A stretch of DNA of 62,253 nucleotides, filler included, from Asterionella formosa (taxonomy: Eukaryota), in assembly GCA_002256025.1 (NCBI GenBank). It is 16 parts of 16 records of this genome, joined end to end, with 100 filler letters (N's around TTAATTAATTAA, not from the genome) between each part and the next. Parts side by side here need not be neighbours in the genome. Positions count along the whole stretch, not along the records: positions 60,291 to 62,253 come from NKIB01000753.1; 15 more parts are not named here. One strand, given 5' to 3'. Within the stretch, counting starts at the first letter, position 1. Every line of letters begins with the position of its first letter. Both the position numbers and the translations under genes were made by a program. The notes below the pieces were generated by a model. The model saw only the letters and a program-made list of their open reading frames with translations. It was not told the DNA's origin and ran no database searches. Shown piece after piece: positions 60,681-62,253 of the stretch.

Positions 60681-62253
60681 ATGAGAATGAGCAGCCAGCT
60701 CATTTGCTATGAATTGATCTACCGGTAGTAGTAACAGGGATTCCTGCAAGTACTATGAGTAGCCAAGCAATCTTGCGATTAGTTACAGCATCCAGCTGCA
60801 AGAATGAACATCCATTGCTTTTCGTATTGGTTTGAGAATCACGTTCTATAGAAAGTATCAATATATACTATATAGCGAAGCAATTAATTTGATTGTTTTG
60901 CGATTGTAGAATGAAATTGAAAAAATGAATTGGCTACACATAATTATTTGTTTGACTAGCATATATATTTGTTTAACCTTGAGGTATTAATGTGATCAAA
61001 GTAAAGATAAAATGGGAGCAAACTAACAGAATTAATGGCAGTCAGAGTGAAGAATATTTGTGAACGGAAATGTTGCGAATTGTAGAGAAAAGTACCGTAT
61101 TATAGAGATTATTACTGAACAAATTTTTCTTCGTGTCGCCAGAAAATAGTGTCAGTTGGCCCCAAAAATTATGTGGGTTTCTAAAATAATTTTGGAAGTT
61201 GTCGAAACTATTTTAGTTCACTCCGTCCCTATATGTTGTATGATGCATCATATTTTTTGTGATGTCATACCCTTAAATTATGTACGTGGCTAAATTCGTC
61301 ATATTGGGCCACCCAAATAATTAATTTGGGTTATCATATTTGACTAGCGTTTTTTTGTGGCGGCTGTACCAGTAATCGGCGTTGTAGATGTACTGCTACT
61401 GGTGTCAGGCTACTACAGCGATGCGCATGGTTGCAGCAACCAGACCATTGACGCTAAATAACGATGCAGGTCTACATTGGGTTGAGCTTTTCTTCTTCTT
61501 CTTTCGGTCTTCGATTGTATGGCGATGGAAAGTCAATGTTGCCTGTGTAAGTACTACAATGATTCACAATGCATAGCTATGTCTCCATTGGAACTCTTAT
61601 TTTTTATTTCATTTCTAACCCAAATTTTTTTCTTTTTCTCATTTGATGCTACTTATTACATTACATTTCATACTTTGGTTGCTCCAAACATCATGTTCAA
61701 TTTTCATTGATGTTGGATGTTGCAATCATTCTCGTGTGTTTTACGCTTGTTGTACCATCTCTATGCATATTACCGTTATTCTGGTTGTCATCCTAAAATC
61801 GGCAATTTTACTGCCGAAAAATTCGATGTGCCCCATATTGCCCTTAAATAAAAATTACTTAGAGCCTTAAAATTACTTAGAAGTACCCGAATGGCAAGAC
61901 GATAGCTGGAGCGGGAATTGCTTCAACATTACCATGTAATCGGACTAAAATAATTTGAGTCGTAACATGGGGTAAAATAAGGATGACTCTCAGTTTTTAG
62001 GTGGTACCAGGTACCATCACGAAGAAGATGACTTTTGCTGGCTGTCCCAACTTGAGGAGCATAATAAGCCTGTCGGTACCAGTAGCAAATGGCACGATGT
62101 TGATATGCTGCGACAATATCGGTAATGCGCCACGATGCCTCCGTTAACTGATAGTCAACAAATATCTGTGATTATCCCATCCATTGTCGCTTGCTCCCTC
62201 TCAACCCTCGGCTCTGGATCCATCATCCACCTGACCCTGAAGCAGAAATTGCG

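Larger units (their letters stand above)
1235..62045. repeat. Dispersed patches of degenerate (GGTACCW)n heptamer
   Basis: Patches at about 1235, 1880, 8129, 8329, 8705, 8826, 9345, 9535, 15937, 19404, 19637, 19698, 25835, 26425, 28152, 29162, 42348, 50140, 50252, 58107, 60175 and 62002. Confidence 0.9.

Noticed and set aside
1235..62045. CRISPR array or canonical telomere interpretation of GGTACCW patches
   Set aside because: No constant repeat-spacer period and no cas genes. The patches are short, interstitial, degenerate and strand-symmetric, unlike TTAGGG-type telomeres.
1..62253. tRNA/rRNA genes and prokaryotic operons
   Set aside because: None recognised by eye, though a tRNAscan/Infernal run would be needed to exclude RNA genes. 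Introns and TE content indicate a eukaryotic nucleus.

Overview
Eukaryotic nuclear DNA, most likely from a diatom. Evidence: short GT-AG introns, diatom-type cyclins, a CoDi-like copia element and a bipartite plastid-targeting N-terminus. The window is not contiguous. One contig (1-31244) is followed by fifteen ~1.96-1.97 kb contigs of steadily decreasing length, joined by an artificial 100-nt N/TTAATTAATTAA/N linker, so adjacency beyond 31.2 kb has no biological meaning. Host genes: two cyclins, a CNNM/CorC-type CBS membrane protein, two sulfotransferase-like paralogs (one 5'-truncated and intronless), a conserved hypothetical protein, a DHRS1-like SDR, a nuclear-encoded C-terminal fragment of cytochrome c oxidase subunit 1 (Cox1-c), a tandem multi-domain COG4337-type (iota-class) carbonic anhydrase and a PGRL1-like fragment missing from the ORF track. 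Much of the rest is transposon-derived: Ty3/gypsy integrase with LTR and a second isolated LTR, CoDi copia, LINEs, several Plavaka-like transposase relics, TTAA-flanked TIR elements and a TG..CA insertion with a 7-bp TSD. The most striking unexplained signal is ~20 patches of a self-complementary (GGTACCW)n heptamer, often at TE ends, truncation points and contig ends. All family assignments come from motif recognition by eye; no searches were run.
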